A stretch of 64,000 bases of DNA from Bacteroidota bacterium (GCA_051715445.1 JBPXJU010000023.1:171914-235913); one strand, 5' to 3'. Positions 1 through 9,487 are shown, numbered from the stretch's first letter. A program made the numbers and translations. The notes: a model not told the origin generated them from the sequence alone.

Positions 1-1520
1 GCAGTAACCCAAAAACCTTTTTGCGGATTGAATACATTCGGTAAATCTTTAATGGGCAAGTATCCTTCCCACTCATAGCTGCCATCACCGGGCACGGGCA
101 CAAGTCCATCCCAGTTTTTTCGAATAGGTGCTATACCCACTGTTTGCCAACCGATATTTCCTTTCGAATCGGCCCAGATCATGTTCTCACCGGGAATATG
201 ACTGTAGGAACAGGCTTCGCGAAATTCTTCCCACGTAGTGGCGCCATCCATACGTAGGCTGGCCATATAGGGTGCACCACCGGGCTCCATCCAGGCAGCG
301 CGTACAGCATACGCTTTGTTTCGTTTTGTGTCAACAAATGTTACCGGTCCATGCCGGGTAAACTTATGTTGCACATATACATCGGCTGAATTTTTTATGT
401 GAATAGTGTCGGCAATTATATTCATGTCTTCCCAGCCGCCTTTATACAGATATTGATTCTGATTTTGGGGATTGAGATCATACACATAAATGTCTTCGCT
501 ATCAATATTAAAAATGGTAAGACCCCATGCACCAGATTCATTGTGTCCAATGGAAACTCCCGGAATAGTTGGTTCGCCACCACCCACTACATTCCAACCG
601 GGCGCATTCAAATGAACCATGTATCGCAACGAGGGTGCCGACAAGGCACGATGCGGGTCGTTAGCCAACATTGGAAAACCGGTTTCTGATTTTGCACCAC
701 TTACAATCCAATTGTTGCTACCGATCGATCGCTGTTCAGTATCCATCATTTCGTCATACGCATCCTGGTCGGTGCGTGCTAGTTGCAGGTAGTGGAGTTG
801 ATCGGGATTGGCGTGGCTTGCCAGATGTTCGGGCTTAAGGGCAATCTTCTGTTCGCGAAAGGCTTTGTACAACTCCAGGATATCTTCAAACAAACCGTTG
901 GCATCAATTTTTTTATCGAGCGTTAAACGCGGAGTGCCGGGTTCGAACGAGCGTAAGTCCTTAACTTTTTCTTCGCCCAGCAAAACAACTTGTCTTGCTA
1001 TTTCTAATTCAGCAGGCAGGTTGCTCAACAATCCCTGATGCCGGGAGATTACCACATCGGGTGTCCATAACTTAGGTTTGATGTTGAGCAGTTTAAATTC
1101 TATTGGCAACAGGTCTGGATTTTTTTCGGTTTCACGGATGTAGGCGTTAATACCTTTTGTAAAAGCAGTAATGATGGCTTCGCCATGGGGATGATAATGA
1201 TTAAATTCTTTTTTAAGATCGCCCCGAAACTTAAATAAGCGGGCACCGATATCGCGCTTCACTTCAGCTTCGCCTAATAGTTCGGCCACAGTACCCGTGG
1301 CTTGCCTGTGCCAGATCTCAAATTGAAAGAGACGATCTTTAGCGGCAGCATATCCTTGTGCAAAAAATAGATCGTGTTCGTTTTGCGCATAGATGTGATT
1401 AACCCCGGCTGAGTCGCGCAGAATTTCTACCGGTTGCTGAAGCTCAGCAACGTTGAGTGTATTCTTGGAGTTTTTACAACCGATAACAAAAAGCAAAAGC
1501 AGACAGGGCAGGTATTTCAT
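1..1520 (-). CDS. penicillin acylase family protein (peptidase S45, Ntn hydrolase), lipoprotein; 3' end outside window
   Basis: Not in the ORF track; translated by hand from ATG at 1520: MKYLPCLLLLFVIGC (lipobox), EILRDSAGVNHIYAQNEHDLFFAQGY..A.DRLFQ, and beta-subunit start GSNNWIVSG...LANDPHR near 720-650. Confidence 0.9.
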   Translation of the reverse strand, partial: MKYLPCLLLLFVIGCKNSKNTLNVAELQQPVEILRDSAGVNHIYAQNEHDLFFAQGYAAAKDRLFQFEIWHRQATGTVAELLGEAEVKRDIGARLFKFRGDLKKEFNHYHPHGEAIITAFTKGINAYIRETEKNPDLLPIEFKLLNIKPKLWTPDVVISRHQGLLSNLPAELEIARQVVLLGEEKVKDLRSFEPGTPRLTLDKKIDANGLFEDILELYKAFREQKIALKPEHLASHANPDQLHYLQLARTDQDAYDEMMDTEQRSIGSNNWIVSGAKSETGFPMLANDPHRALSAPSLRYMVHLNAPGWNVVGGGEPTIPGVSIGHNESGAWGLTIFNIDSEDIYVYDLNPQNQNQYLYKGGWEDMNIIADTIHIKNSADVYVQHKFTRHGPVTFVDTKRNKAYAVRAAWMEPGGAPYMASLRMDGATTWEEFREACSYSHIPGENMIWADSKGNIGWQTVGIAPIRKNWDGLVPVPGDGSYEWEGYLPIKDLPNVFNPQKGFWVT

Positions 1521-1631
1521 GCGTTAATTTTTTATTTTCTTAATGGTCACATGGAATTCGCATTTTGAGACTTTACATTCGGACAGTACATTTATTACAT
1601 CCGTTTTGGGTATGCTCATTCATATTTTGAT

Positions 1632-2921
1632 TTAACCGTTTGCAATCTTCAGTACTGCATCAATAAACCGATCCAGATCTTTGGTAGTGGTGTACACATG
1701 TGGAGTAATCCGAACCGCGTTCAGTTTCTCCCACTTTACTGAGGTGGTGTGTATTTGAAATTGATTAAAAAGCTTAGCTGAGATTTCCGCAGCCTCCATG
1801 CCCTCTATACTAAACGTGCCCAGTGCACAGGAATATTCTGGCTTTAAGGAAATGTGCAATTTGATTTTAGGATGTTTGGCAACTGCCTCGCACCAATATA
1901 ATTTCAGGTAATGCAAGCGCTCTTGCTTGCGCATGGCGCCAATGGCATTATGAAAATCTATGGCTTGCCCAATAGCTTGCTCGGGTGCGAACGACCGCGT
2001 GCCCAGCGCTTCAAACTTTCTGATGTCGGAGCTTTGTGGTTTTTCGACTGAGAACATGGGCCACGTTTTTTCAATTAACGATTTGCGCATGTGCAACATA
2101 CCGGTGCCAAACGGTGCGCACAGCCATTTGTGTAAACTGGTGCCAAAGTAGTCGCAATCAAAATCAGAAATTTTATAATCGAGGTGCGCAAAAGAATGTG
2201 CCGCATCTACAATGGTGGTAATACCCCGCTTGCGGGCTTCGGCACAAAGTTTAGTTACAGGTGAAATTTGGCCACTCCAGTTAATGATGTGTGTCAGGTG
2301 CCATACTTTGGTTTTGGAAGTGGTAGCTCCAATAAAAAGATTGATCAGGGCTTCATCGTTGATGATTGGTAGTTCAGGGGTGATCCAATTTATTTTGATG
2401 CCTTCGCGCAGTTCGCGTTGTTTCCAGGCATGAATCATGTTAGGATAATCATAACGCGTCATTACAATTTCATCGCCTCGTTTAAGGTCAGTGCCCCAGG
2501 TTACGGTACCCAATGCTTCGGTGGTGTTTCGGTTTATAGCCAATGTATCGGCATCCACTCCGGCAAGATCGGCCAGTTTTCTGCGCAAGGGTTCGCGCCC
2601 GGCATCAAGAATGCGCCACATGTAATAAGTAGGTGCTTCGTTGCTTAAATGGTAATACCGATCAACAGCATCCTGCACTACTTTAGGTTGCGGACTAACA
2701 CCACCATTATTCAGGTTCATAATATTGGCACTAACCGTGTACGCTTGTGCCATGCGGGCCCACAGTTCTTCATCGGCAGCGGCCAGCGTTGGCGAAAGTT
2801 TGTTGAGTGAAACCAATGCATCGCTGATATCTTCGGCCAAAGCCTGACTGGCGATTGAGGTTAGCGAAAGCGCACCGGTAGCGCCTAAGGCTTTTTGAAA
2901 GAATGATCTGCGGGTAGACAT
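1632..2921 (-). CDS. Tat-exported class V PLP aminotransferase-family protein (isopenicillin-N epimerase/cysteine desulfhydrolase-like)
   Basis: Start probably Met8 (MSTRRSFFQKALG, twin-Arg); motifs LNNGGVSP, DAAHSFAH, TSLHKWL (PLP Lys); no IscS/SufS catalytic Cys loop. Confidence 0.85.
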   Translation of the reverse strand: MSTRRSFFQKALGATGALSLTSIASQALAEDISDALVSLNKLSPTLAAADEELWARMAQAYTVSANIMNLNNGGVSPQPKVVQDAVDRYYHLSNEAPTYYMWRILDAGREPLRRKLADLAGVDADTLAINRNTTEALGTVTWGTDLKRGDEIVMTRYDYPNMIHAWKQRELREGIKINWITPELPIINDEALINLFIGATTSKTKVWHLTHIINWSGQISPVTKLCAEARKRGITTIVDAAHSFAHLDYKISDFDCDYFGTSLHKWLCAPFGTGMLHMRKSLIEKTWPMFSVEKPQSSDIRKFEALGTRSFAPEQAIGQAIDFHNAIGAMRKQERLHYLKLYWCEAVAKHPKIKLHISLKPEYSCALGTFSIEGMEAAEISAKLFNQFQIHTTSVKWEKLNAVRITPHVYTTTKDLDRFIDAVLKIANG

Positions 2922-3089
2922 GAGGAGTAGTTTGAAATTCAATGTAGCCGTTTCTCATCTTGATGCCAAAGTGAATGGGTGCAACTAACTAAATTGTATT
3001 TTAACGGTAGATGCCGAATACGGCATCAGGTATCCTCCTCCGTTTCGTGATGATACGATCTTAAAGCTCGATTGTCCTTGTGTAAAAAA

Positions 3090-4322
3090 TCACTTCACCT
3101 GTTCCAATCTTCTCAACGCTGGTGCTTTCCAGGCCGTAATACTTACTACGCCCAGCGTCATTAATCCGCCAAAAATTACAGATGGAACCAACCCGAGTAA
3201 CCTGGCTGCAATACCCGATTCCAGCATCCCGATTTCATTCGATGAACCAATGAACATACTGTTTACTGCGGCAACCCGCCCTTTCATGTTTTCGGGGGTA
3301 AGTGTATGGATTAAGGTGCTGCGCACAACTACACTCACACAATCAAACATTCCGCTAATAATTAATAATGCCATTGAAACCCAAAACCAGCTTGAGAGAC
3401 TAAACGCAATCATGGAAACACCAAAGCCAGCCACACACCACAGTAACGTTTTTCCGATTTTCTTTTTGATTGGATGACGCGTAATGTACACGGCCATTAA
3501 TACCGCACCAATGGCGGGTGCAGACCGTAAAAATCCCAGGCCGGTTTTGCCAATGTGCAAAATCTCATCTGCAAAGAAGGGTAACAAGGCAACTGCGCCA
3601 CCAAACAAAACAGCAAATAAATCAAGTGAGATGGCACTAAGAATGATCTGATGACTGAACACAAACTTTAAACCGGCTTTGATTTTTGTCCATGTACCTT
3701 GCTCGGTAGTTACGGGTGGTAATGGTCGGTTGGGTATCGACAGGTAGCTAAAGAAAGCAATTCCAATGGAGAGCGCTACAGCAGAGTAAGCCGCGGTGAT
3801 TCCAAAGAAACCATAAATCAAACCACCAATCATGGGGCCGCAAACAGCGCCACCTTCCCAAATGGTGCTATTCCAGGTAATCGCATTTTGATAAAGCGAC
3901 CGGTCGATCAGTTGCGGCATAAATGAAAAAGTTGCAGGCGATAAAAAACCGCGGGCAATACCACTCACAAAAATTACAGCATAGATGGCGAAGGGTCCGT
4001 TATCAATAATAAAGGCTCCCAGGTTTGTGGTAAAGTACAGGAGCATAGCGGAGCATCCGGCCAGCACGCTTACGCAGGTGACAATAATTTTTTTTCGTTC
4101 TACAACATCGGCTAAGTGGCCCGCATAAAGCGAAACGCTGATAGCCGGAATGGCTTCTGCCAGGCCAATAAGTCCGAGGGCTAATGGATCTTTCGTGAGT
4201 TCATAAATCTGCCAACCTACAATTACACCTTGCATTTGCATGGCCAGTGTAATAAACAACCGCGAAGTAACAAACAACCTGAAGTCGCGAATGCGAACGG
4301 CTGCGTATGGATCAGTACTCAT
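3090..4322 (-). CDS. MFS transporter (DHA3/EntS-like)
   Basis: About 12 hydrophobic segments, YAGHLADVVERK motif-A-like loop, C-terminal GRVAAVNSMFIGSSNEIG; start taken at MSTDPY. Confidence 0.9.
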   Translation of the reverse strand: MSTDPYAAVRIRDFRLFVTSRLFITLAMQMQGVIVGWQIYELTKDPLALGLIGLAEAIPAISVSLYAGHLADVVERKKIIVTCVSVLAGCSAMLLYFTTNLGAFIIDNGPFAIYAVIFVSGIARGFLSPATFSFMPQLIDRSLYQNAITWNSTIWEGGAVCGPMIGGLIYGFFGITAAYSAVALSIGIAFFSYLSIPNRPLPPVTTEQGTWTKIKAGLKFVFSHQIILSAISLDLFAVLFGGAVALLPFFADEILHIGKTGLGFLRSAPAIGAVLMAVYITRHPIKKKIGKTLLWCVAGFGVSMIAFSLSSWFWVSMALLIISGMFDCVSVVVRSTLIHTLTPENMKGRVAAVNSMFIGSSNEIGMLESGIAARLLGLVPSVIFGGLMTLGVVSITAWKAPALRRLEQVK

Positions 4323-4324
4323 TT

Positions 4325-4867
4325 CTAAGAAAGAAGATTTTGTACAGCGGCAACAGCTTTCTGCTGGCGTTGTGCCCACGTGCCTCCAATTTCAACAAAG
4401 GGAACAGCAGCATTTACAACTTCATGTTTAAATAACTGCCAGAAGTGTTCGCGCTTATCGGGGTGTTCGCGTTGCGGATCGTCCACCCAGGGTATATCAA
4501 TGTAGCAGAGCAAGTATAAATCGTAGTGCCGCTTTTTAATCATTTGGAGGATCTCTTCATCGCACCGACCGTATTTATAGTCGCTCCAGATTTTAATCGT
4601 GATCAGGTTAGTATCGCAAATCATTACGCGATTGGAATCGCGCAGCCACTCATCCTCCAACCGCAACTGGCCATGTGCAATTTTTAGCAAGTCGGCTTGT
4701 TGGTAGGGGCGCCCTAATTTGTCGAGATATGCCCGGGCATACTCGGGTATCCAACAGGTATTAAAATGGGTAGCCAGAAATTTTGAGAGTTCTGATTTAC
4801 CGGTACACTCCGGCCCGATTACACAAACCTTTTTAATAACGGGTAAATCATGGGCAGCAGCAGACAT
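4325..4867 (-). CDS. NadR-type ribosylnicotinamide-kinase-like P-loop protein (AAA_28), kinase domain only
   Basis: GPECTGKS Walker A, EYARAYL, ICDTNL, LYLL..IDIPWVDDPQR. Confidence 0.8.
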   Translation of the reverse strand: MSAAAHDLPVIKKVCVIGPECTGKSELSKFLATHFNTCWIPEYARAYLDKLGRPYQQADLLKIAHGQLRLEDEWLRDSNRVMICDTNLITIKIWSDYKYGRCDEEILQMIKKRHYDLYLLCYIDIPWVDDPQREHPDKREHFWQLFKHEVVNAAVPFVEIGGTWAQRQQKAVAAVQNLLS

Positions 4868-4974
4868 AACGCGCTTACTTTTTCGCCAAAATAACCATTT
4901 AATTGCTATCCGGTGGACGAAACTGCATCGTGGGTTTCGCTAATCGGGCTTGTATAATTATCTTTCGCTAAACT

Positions 4975-6438
4975 TTGAAGTGTGTGAAGCGCAGAAAAGC
5001 AATTAAAAGTATTGGTTTGGGTCTTACAGCCGGGTTGTGGTTACCCTCGGCATTATCATCTTGCAAAAAAGACGATCCGGGTCCTGAAGTTCCATTCGAT
5101 GGAACGGTAGCCATAATTGGTGGCGGTGCAGCAGGTTTATACACTGCCGATATTTTGAGTTCGAAGGGAATCAATGTAATTATTCTGGAAGCCAGCAACC
5201 AATTGGGTGGCCGGGTACGTTCGCTTCGCAATCAGCACGAAATTCTGGTACAAACCACAGCCGATTTTCCGGTTGAACTGGGTGCGGAAGTAGTTTACGG
5301 AACCGATTCTGCGTGGGGAAACATCATAAAAAACTACACACTAACACGAATAGAATTAGATTCTCAGGCAGTTGAACAATTTATTCTGGAGAACCAGGCA
5401 AAATCAGCCACCGACTGGGGCGCAGATGCTGATCTGCAAGCGGTAAGAAATTTTATTGATGGATTGCCAGGCTATTCGGGTGGCGATGTTTCCATGAATC
5501 AGGCAGCGGGTGTAAGTGCCCGTGCACAAGCCTTGCTGAATTCAATGGCGGGTAATCGTTTTGGTTCCAACAGCGATAGGGTGGGCGCTAAAGGCGTAGC
5601 CGAAGCGTTAAGTTTGATTGAACACGATAATGTAGCTTACCTGATCAAGACCAATCCATTGCAGGATATTATTACTTCGCGCTTTAGCGGAGTAGTGAGT
5701 AAAGTGCAATTGAATACAGCAATCAAAACCATTAATTATTCGGGTGAAAAAATCATTCTCACCGATCAAAACAGCAATCAGATTGAAGTTGATAAAGTAA
5801 TAGTAACAGCACCGCTGGGTGTTTTAAAAACCGGAGGCATTGCTTTTAGCCCGGGTTTGCCCGCAGCAAAAGTTACCGCTATGAATAAAATTGGCTTTGA
5901 TCACAGTTTGCGGATTGTGATAGACTTCAAAAGAAATTTCTGGGGCGATAACAGTGGATACCTGTGGGGCGGCACCGAGGGCCCCGCGTATTTCAATACC
6001 GGAGTATTACGAAGTGAATTTTACAGAACATTGTCTGTTACCGTGCACGGACCAAAGGCTAAAGAACTTTCCGATCTTGGCGATGGTATGCTTGATGCCG
6101 TGTTGGCTGAATTGGATTCTATTTATAATAATCAGGCTACGTTGTATGTTCGTAGAGAACTTATACTGGATGATCTGGGAAATGTGATAGGTGAAGGCGA
6201 TCCAATCTGGTTTAAAGCCGATTGGGGTAAAGATGAACTCTTTAAAGGCGGAATGTCTTTTTTACCGCCAGGATCAAGCCTGCAGGATCGGATTGACTTT
6301 TCAGCACCCATCAACAACAAAGTATTCTTTGCTGGCGAAGCCACGGATGATAAAGGAGATGCCGGTACAGTTAATGGTGCATTAAATTCAGCCGCGCGGG
6401 TGGCAGAAGAAGTAGTGCAGTCGATTATCAATGCATAA
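4975..6438 (+). CDS. flavin-dependent amine oxidase family protein, Tat lipoprotein
   Basis: KRRKAIK + hydrophobic stretch + LSSC lipobox; GGGAAG, EASNQLGGRV, ELGAE, FFAGEAT, GTVNGALNSA; true start may be GTG 4984. Confidence 0.85.
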   Translation: MKCVKRRKAIKSIGLGLTAGLWLPSALSSCKKDDPGPEVPFDGTVAIIGGGAAGLYTADILSSKGINVIILEASNQLGGRVRSLRNQHEILVQTTADFPVELGAEVVYGTDSAWGNIIKNYTLTRIELDSQAVEQFILENQAKSATDWGADADLQAVRNFIDGLPGYSGGDVSMNQAAGVSARAQALLNSMAGNRFGSNSDRVGAKGVAEALSLIEHDNVAYLIKTNPLQDIITSRFSGVVSKVQLNTAIKTINYSGEKIILTDQNSNQIEVDKVIVTAPLGVLKTGGIAFSPGLPAAKVTAMNKIGFDHSLRIVIDFKRNFWGDNSGYLWGGTEGPAYFNTGVLRSEFYRTLSVTVHGPKAKELSDLGDGMLDAVLAELDSIYNNQATLYVRRELILDDLGNVIGEGDPIWFKADWGKDELFKGGMSFLPPGSSLQDRIDFSAPINNKVFFAGEATDDKGDAGTVNGALNSAARVAEEVVQSIINA

Positions 6439-7726
6439 GCGTTTTTGTATAGCTTCAATCAAAGTTAAAGATTCAATCAGGCGAAGCAGTTCGGAATTGC
6501 TTTTCATAGTGCTTGTTTGTTTTGCTTGTCAGCCATCCCATCAGCAGCATACAGCGCCCAAACCCAAAGCACTCTTCATCATAGTTGATGGCATTCCGGC
6601 CGATGTAATTGAAAAATTGGAGTTACCGGTATTGAGCGAAATTGCTCAGGCGGGCGGTTACACGCGTGCTTATACCGGTGGCCTGGCTGCGGGTTATAGT
6701 AAAACCCCAACCATTTCGGCAGTAGGCTATAATAGTTTACTAACGGGTACGTGGGCCAACAAGCACAATGTGTGGGATAATGATATTGCTGATCCTAATT
6801 ATAATTACTGGAATATTTTCAGAATTGCCGAAGCAAGCGATCCAGATCTTACCACGGCAATTTTTTCAACCTGGTTAGATAACCGGACAAAACTTATTGG
6901 CGAAGGATTAAAGGCAGCGGGATCAATTAAACTTGATTTAAAGTATGATAGCCTGGAGTATGATACGGTGAGGTTTCCGCATAATGCAGACCGGAAATTC
7001 ATTCAACAAATTGATGAGGCTGTGGCAGATGCTGCTGCAAAAGCTGTGGCCGAAAATGCACCCGATCTAACCTGGGTATATCTGGAGTTTACCGATGACA
7101 TGGGCCACATGTATGGCGATAGCCCGCAATATTATGACGCCATCCGAGCAGCAGATGTACAAATCGGAAAAATCTGGCAAGCCATTAAAGCGCGTGAAAA
7201 GAACAACAAAGAAGATTGGTTGATTGTGATTACAACCGATCATGGTCGCGATACGGAAACGGGGAAGCATCATGGTGGACAATCTGATCGTGAGCGGTTA
7301 ACGTGGATTACCACTAACAGCAAAAAGCTGAATCAACATTTTAAGGAAACCCCGGCAATGGTAGATATTATGCCATCCATGGCCAGCCATCTTAATCTGG
7401 CTATTCCTGAAGCGATACAAAAAGAATCAGATGGAGTTCCTTTTATTGGTGCAGTGGATATTTCAGCGTTAAAGGCTTCACGCGAAGCGGAAGAAATTTT
7501 GATTGAGTGGAAACTAATGAACCCCACGCTTGACAGCCTGGATGTTTTTATAGCAACAACCAATAATTTTTCAACCGGTTCAACCGATGAGTATAAAAAA
7601 GTGAAAACAGTAGCGGCCGGTGAATTGAATTTCAGATTCAAGCCAGAAGTAGAATCTCCCTTTTATAAAGTGTTGGTGAAATCGCCCACGCAATATCTCA
7701 ATGCGTGGGTTGTTGAATCGCTTTAA
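6431..7726 (+). CDS. alkaline phosphatase superfamily / nucleotide pyrophosphatase-phosphodiesterase-like lipoprotein
   Basis: IIVDGIP, KTPTISAVGY, FTDDMGH, TTDHG metal-ligand motifs; CFAC lipobox; overlaps upstream stop. Confidence 0.8.
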   Translation: MHKRFCIASIKVKDSIRRSSSELLFIVLVCFACQPSHQQHTAPKPKALFIIVDGIPADVIEKLELPVLSEIAQAGGYTRAYTGGLAAGYSKTPTISAVGYNSLLTGTWANKHNVWDNDIADPNYNYWNIFRIAEASDPDLTTAIFSTWLDNRTKLIGEGLKAAGSIKLDLKYDSLEYDTVRFPHNADRKFIQQIDEAVADAAAKAVAENAPDLTWVYLEFTDDMGHMYGDSPQYYDAIRAADVQIGKIWQAIKAREKNNKEDWLIVITTDHGRDTETGKHHGGQSDRERLTWITTNSKKLNQHFKETPAMVDIMPSMASHLNLAIPEAIQKESDGVPFIGAVDISALKASREAEEILIEWKLMNPTLDSLDVFIATTNNFSTGSTDEYKKVKTVAAGELNFRFKPEVESPFYKVLVKSPTQYLNAWVVESL

Positions 7727-7733
7727 ACGATGG

Positions 7734-8165
7734 TTACAAATTCTCCTTCACAAATTGTTGGCAATAGGTTTTAATCTCCCCTCGTACTGCGCGAAATTGT
7801 TCCATTATTTCTGATTCTGTTCCGGTTGATTTAGCAGGATCACGAAAGTTGTGGTGAAACTTTTTTGCTTTTGAAGGGAAAATCGGGCAATGTTCTTTTG
7901 CGTTGTCGCACACGGTTATTACAAAATCAAAATCGAGATGTTGGTATTCATTTACGTGATTGGAGGTGTGGTGCGAAATATCTATACCATCTTCTTTCAT
8001 GGTGGCAATGGCCCGAGGATTAACACCGTGCGTTTCAATACCAGCACTGTACACAGTGGCTTTATCACCAGCAAAATATTTCAGGTAACCATCAGCAATC
8101 TGGCTACGGCAACTATTGCCTGTGCATAATACGAGGATGTTTTTTTGATTCATAGGTTTAAACAA
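7734..8165 (-). CDS. arsC: thioredoxin-type arsenate reductase (LMW-PTP fold)
   Basis: CTGNSCRSQ P-loop, TVCD....CP redox Cys pair, FRDP; downstream of arsM/arsR. Confidence 0.9.
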   Translation of the reverse strand: MFKPMNQKNILVLCTGNSCRSQIADGYLKYFAGDKATVYSAGIETHGVNPRAIATMKEDGIDISHHTSNHVNEYQHLDFDFVITVCDNAKEHCPIFPSKAKKFHHNFRDPAKSTGTESEIMEQFRAVRGEIKTYCQQFVKENL

Positions 8166-8278
8166 CTAACCAAACGATATTGATGATGCAAAATTTAGGA
8201 TCGAATCCGAAAGCAACTTGTACTACAATTACCGATGTGGTAATCACAATTGGCTTTCGATACTTTTTGAAGAAAGTT

Positions 8279-9115
8279 TTAATTGCAGCAATCTGTTCCA
8301 CAGCAGGATTTTATTTTTTCGGCATAAACAGTGATACTGAAAATACCAGTAGCTCCGGCTCTGAATTCAGCAAGTTGTTCTTCATTTAAATATTGATTCA
8401 GAATATCATCGGGTAAAGTAATTGCCTTTTCTTTCTGTATGGTGATGTTGCTAAAGCCATTCGTTTTAATCAGGCTAAGGTATTCTTCTTTTTGGATAGC
8501 ACCCGAAACACAGCCTGCATATAATTCAGCATCTTTTTGCAATGCCTCGGGAAGTTCGCCAACCAACACAATATCCGAAATGCTAAAGTGACCACCCGTT
8601 TTTAATACGCGGAAGATTTCTTTGAACACGCCATCTTTGTTGGGAACAAGATTTAGCACACAATTGCTTACCACTACATCGGCTATGTTTGCTGAAACGG
8701 GCATCTGCTCAATATCGCCTAGCCTGAATTCAACATTTTGAAAACCAAGTTTAGCTGCATTGGCTTTTGCTTTTTCGATCATAGCTGGGGTAAAATCTAT
8801 GCCGATAACCCGACCATCTTCTCCGGCTTCCGCACGGGCAACGAAACAATCATTGCCAGCTCCGCTTCCCAGATCAATTACAGTATTTCCTTTCTTTATT
8901 TTCGCAAATTGTGTAGGCAGTCCGCAACCTAAACCCAGATCGGCATCGGGATTATAACCATCTAATTGGCCATAATCATCACTCATAATAGTAGTTACTT
9001 CAGTGGAACAACTGCCAGATCCGCAACATGATGATTGATTGGTTTCTTTATCCTGCAAAGCGATAGTGCTGTACTTTTGTTTTACAATCTCTTTTAGTTG
9101 ATCCTCGGTTTTCAT
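8279..9115 (-). CDS. arsM: arsenite S-adenosylmethionine methyltransferase
   Basis: Start at MKTEDQ (ATG 9115); SSCCG, LGLGCG, DLGSGAG, SNCVLNL, YAGCVSGA, Cys-rich tail SCCGTDCCN. Confidence 0.93.
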   Translation of the reverse strand: MKTEDQLKEIVKQKYSTIALQDKETNQSSCCGSGSCSTEVTTIMSDDYGQLDGYNPDADLGLGCGLPTQFAKIKKGNTVIDLGSGAGNDCFVARAEAGEDGRVIGIDFTPAMIEKAKANAAKLGFQNVEFRLGDIEQMPVSANIADVVVSNCVLNLVPNKDGVFKEIFRVLKTGGHFSISDIVLVGELPEALQKDAELYAGCVSGAIQKEEYLSLIKTNGFSNITIQKEKAITLPDDILNQYLNEEQLAEFRAGATGIFSITVYAEKIKSCCGTDCCN

Positions 9116-9131
9116 AGCAATGTATTTAAGT

Positions 9132-9461
9132 TTAACAACATGTATTTTTCTTTTGAAGTTTAGTTGAAATGTCAGCAAAGTATTCCTGAAGTTTTGAGAT
9201 GCCTTTTTCGTCAATACAATAGCAGATGGCGTTACCTTCTACATTACCTTTAATCAGGCCTGCATTTTTTAACTCTTTCAAATGTTGCGAAATGGTGGGC
9301 TGCGCAAGCGGTAGTTCATTCACAATATCTCCGCAAATGCAGGTATCTACTTTAATCAGGTATTCAATAATGGCAACGCGGGCAGGGTGGCCCAATGCTT
9401 TGGTTAGGGTAGCAATTCCGTTTTGCTTACTGGTAAAAGAGGATGTTTTGCTGGCGCCCAT
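9132..9461 (-). CDS. arsR: ArsR/SmtB family repressor
   Basis: ALGHPAR, CICGD, LAQPTISQHLKELK winged HTH, ICYC, C-terminal CC; heads ars operon. Confidence 0.9.
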   Translation of the reverse strand: MGASKTSSFTSKQNGIATLTKALGHPARVAIIEYLIKVDTCICGDIVNELPLAQPTISQHLKELKNAGLIKGNVEGNAICYCIDEKGISKLQEYFADISTKLQKKNTCC

Positions 9462-9471
9462 TGATTTATTT

Positions 9472-9487
9472 TAATATTGCAATATTA
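9472..9487. promoter_or_regulatory. probable ArsR operator
   Basis: Perfect 16-bp palindrome TAATATTGCAATATTA, 10 bp upstream of the arsR ATG. Confidence 0.65.

Noticed and set aside
2988-3092. 34 open codons after the MFS TGA plus a hairpin (selenocysteine or readthrough)
   Set aside because: The MFS is already complete, the hairpin is about 60 nt from the UGA rather than adjacent, and there is no redox motif.
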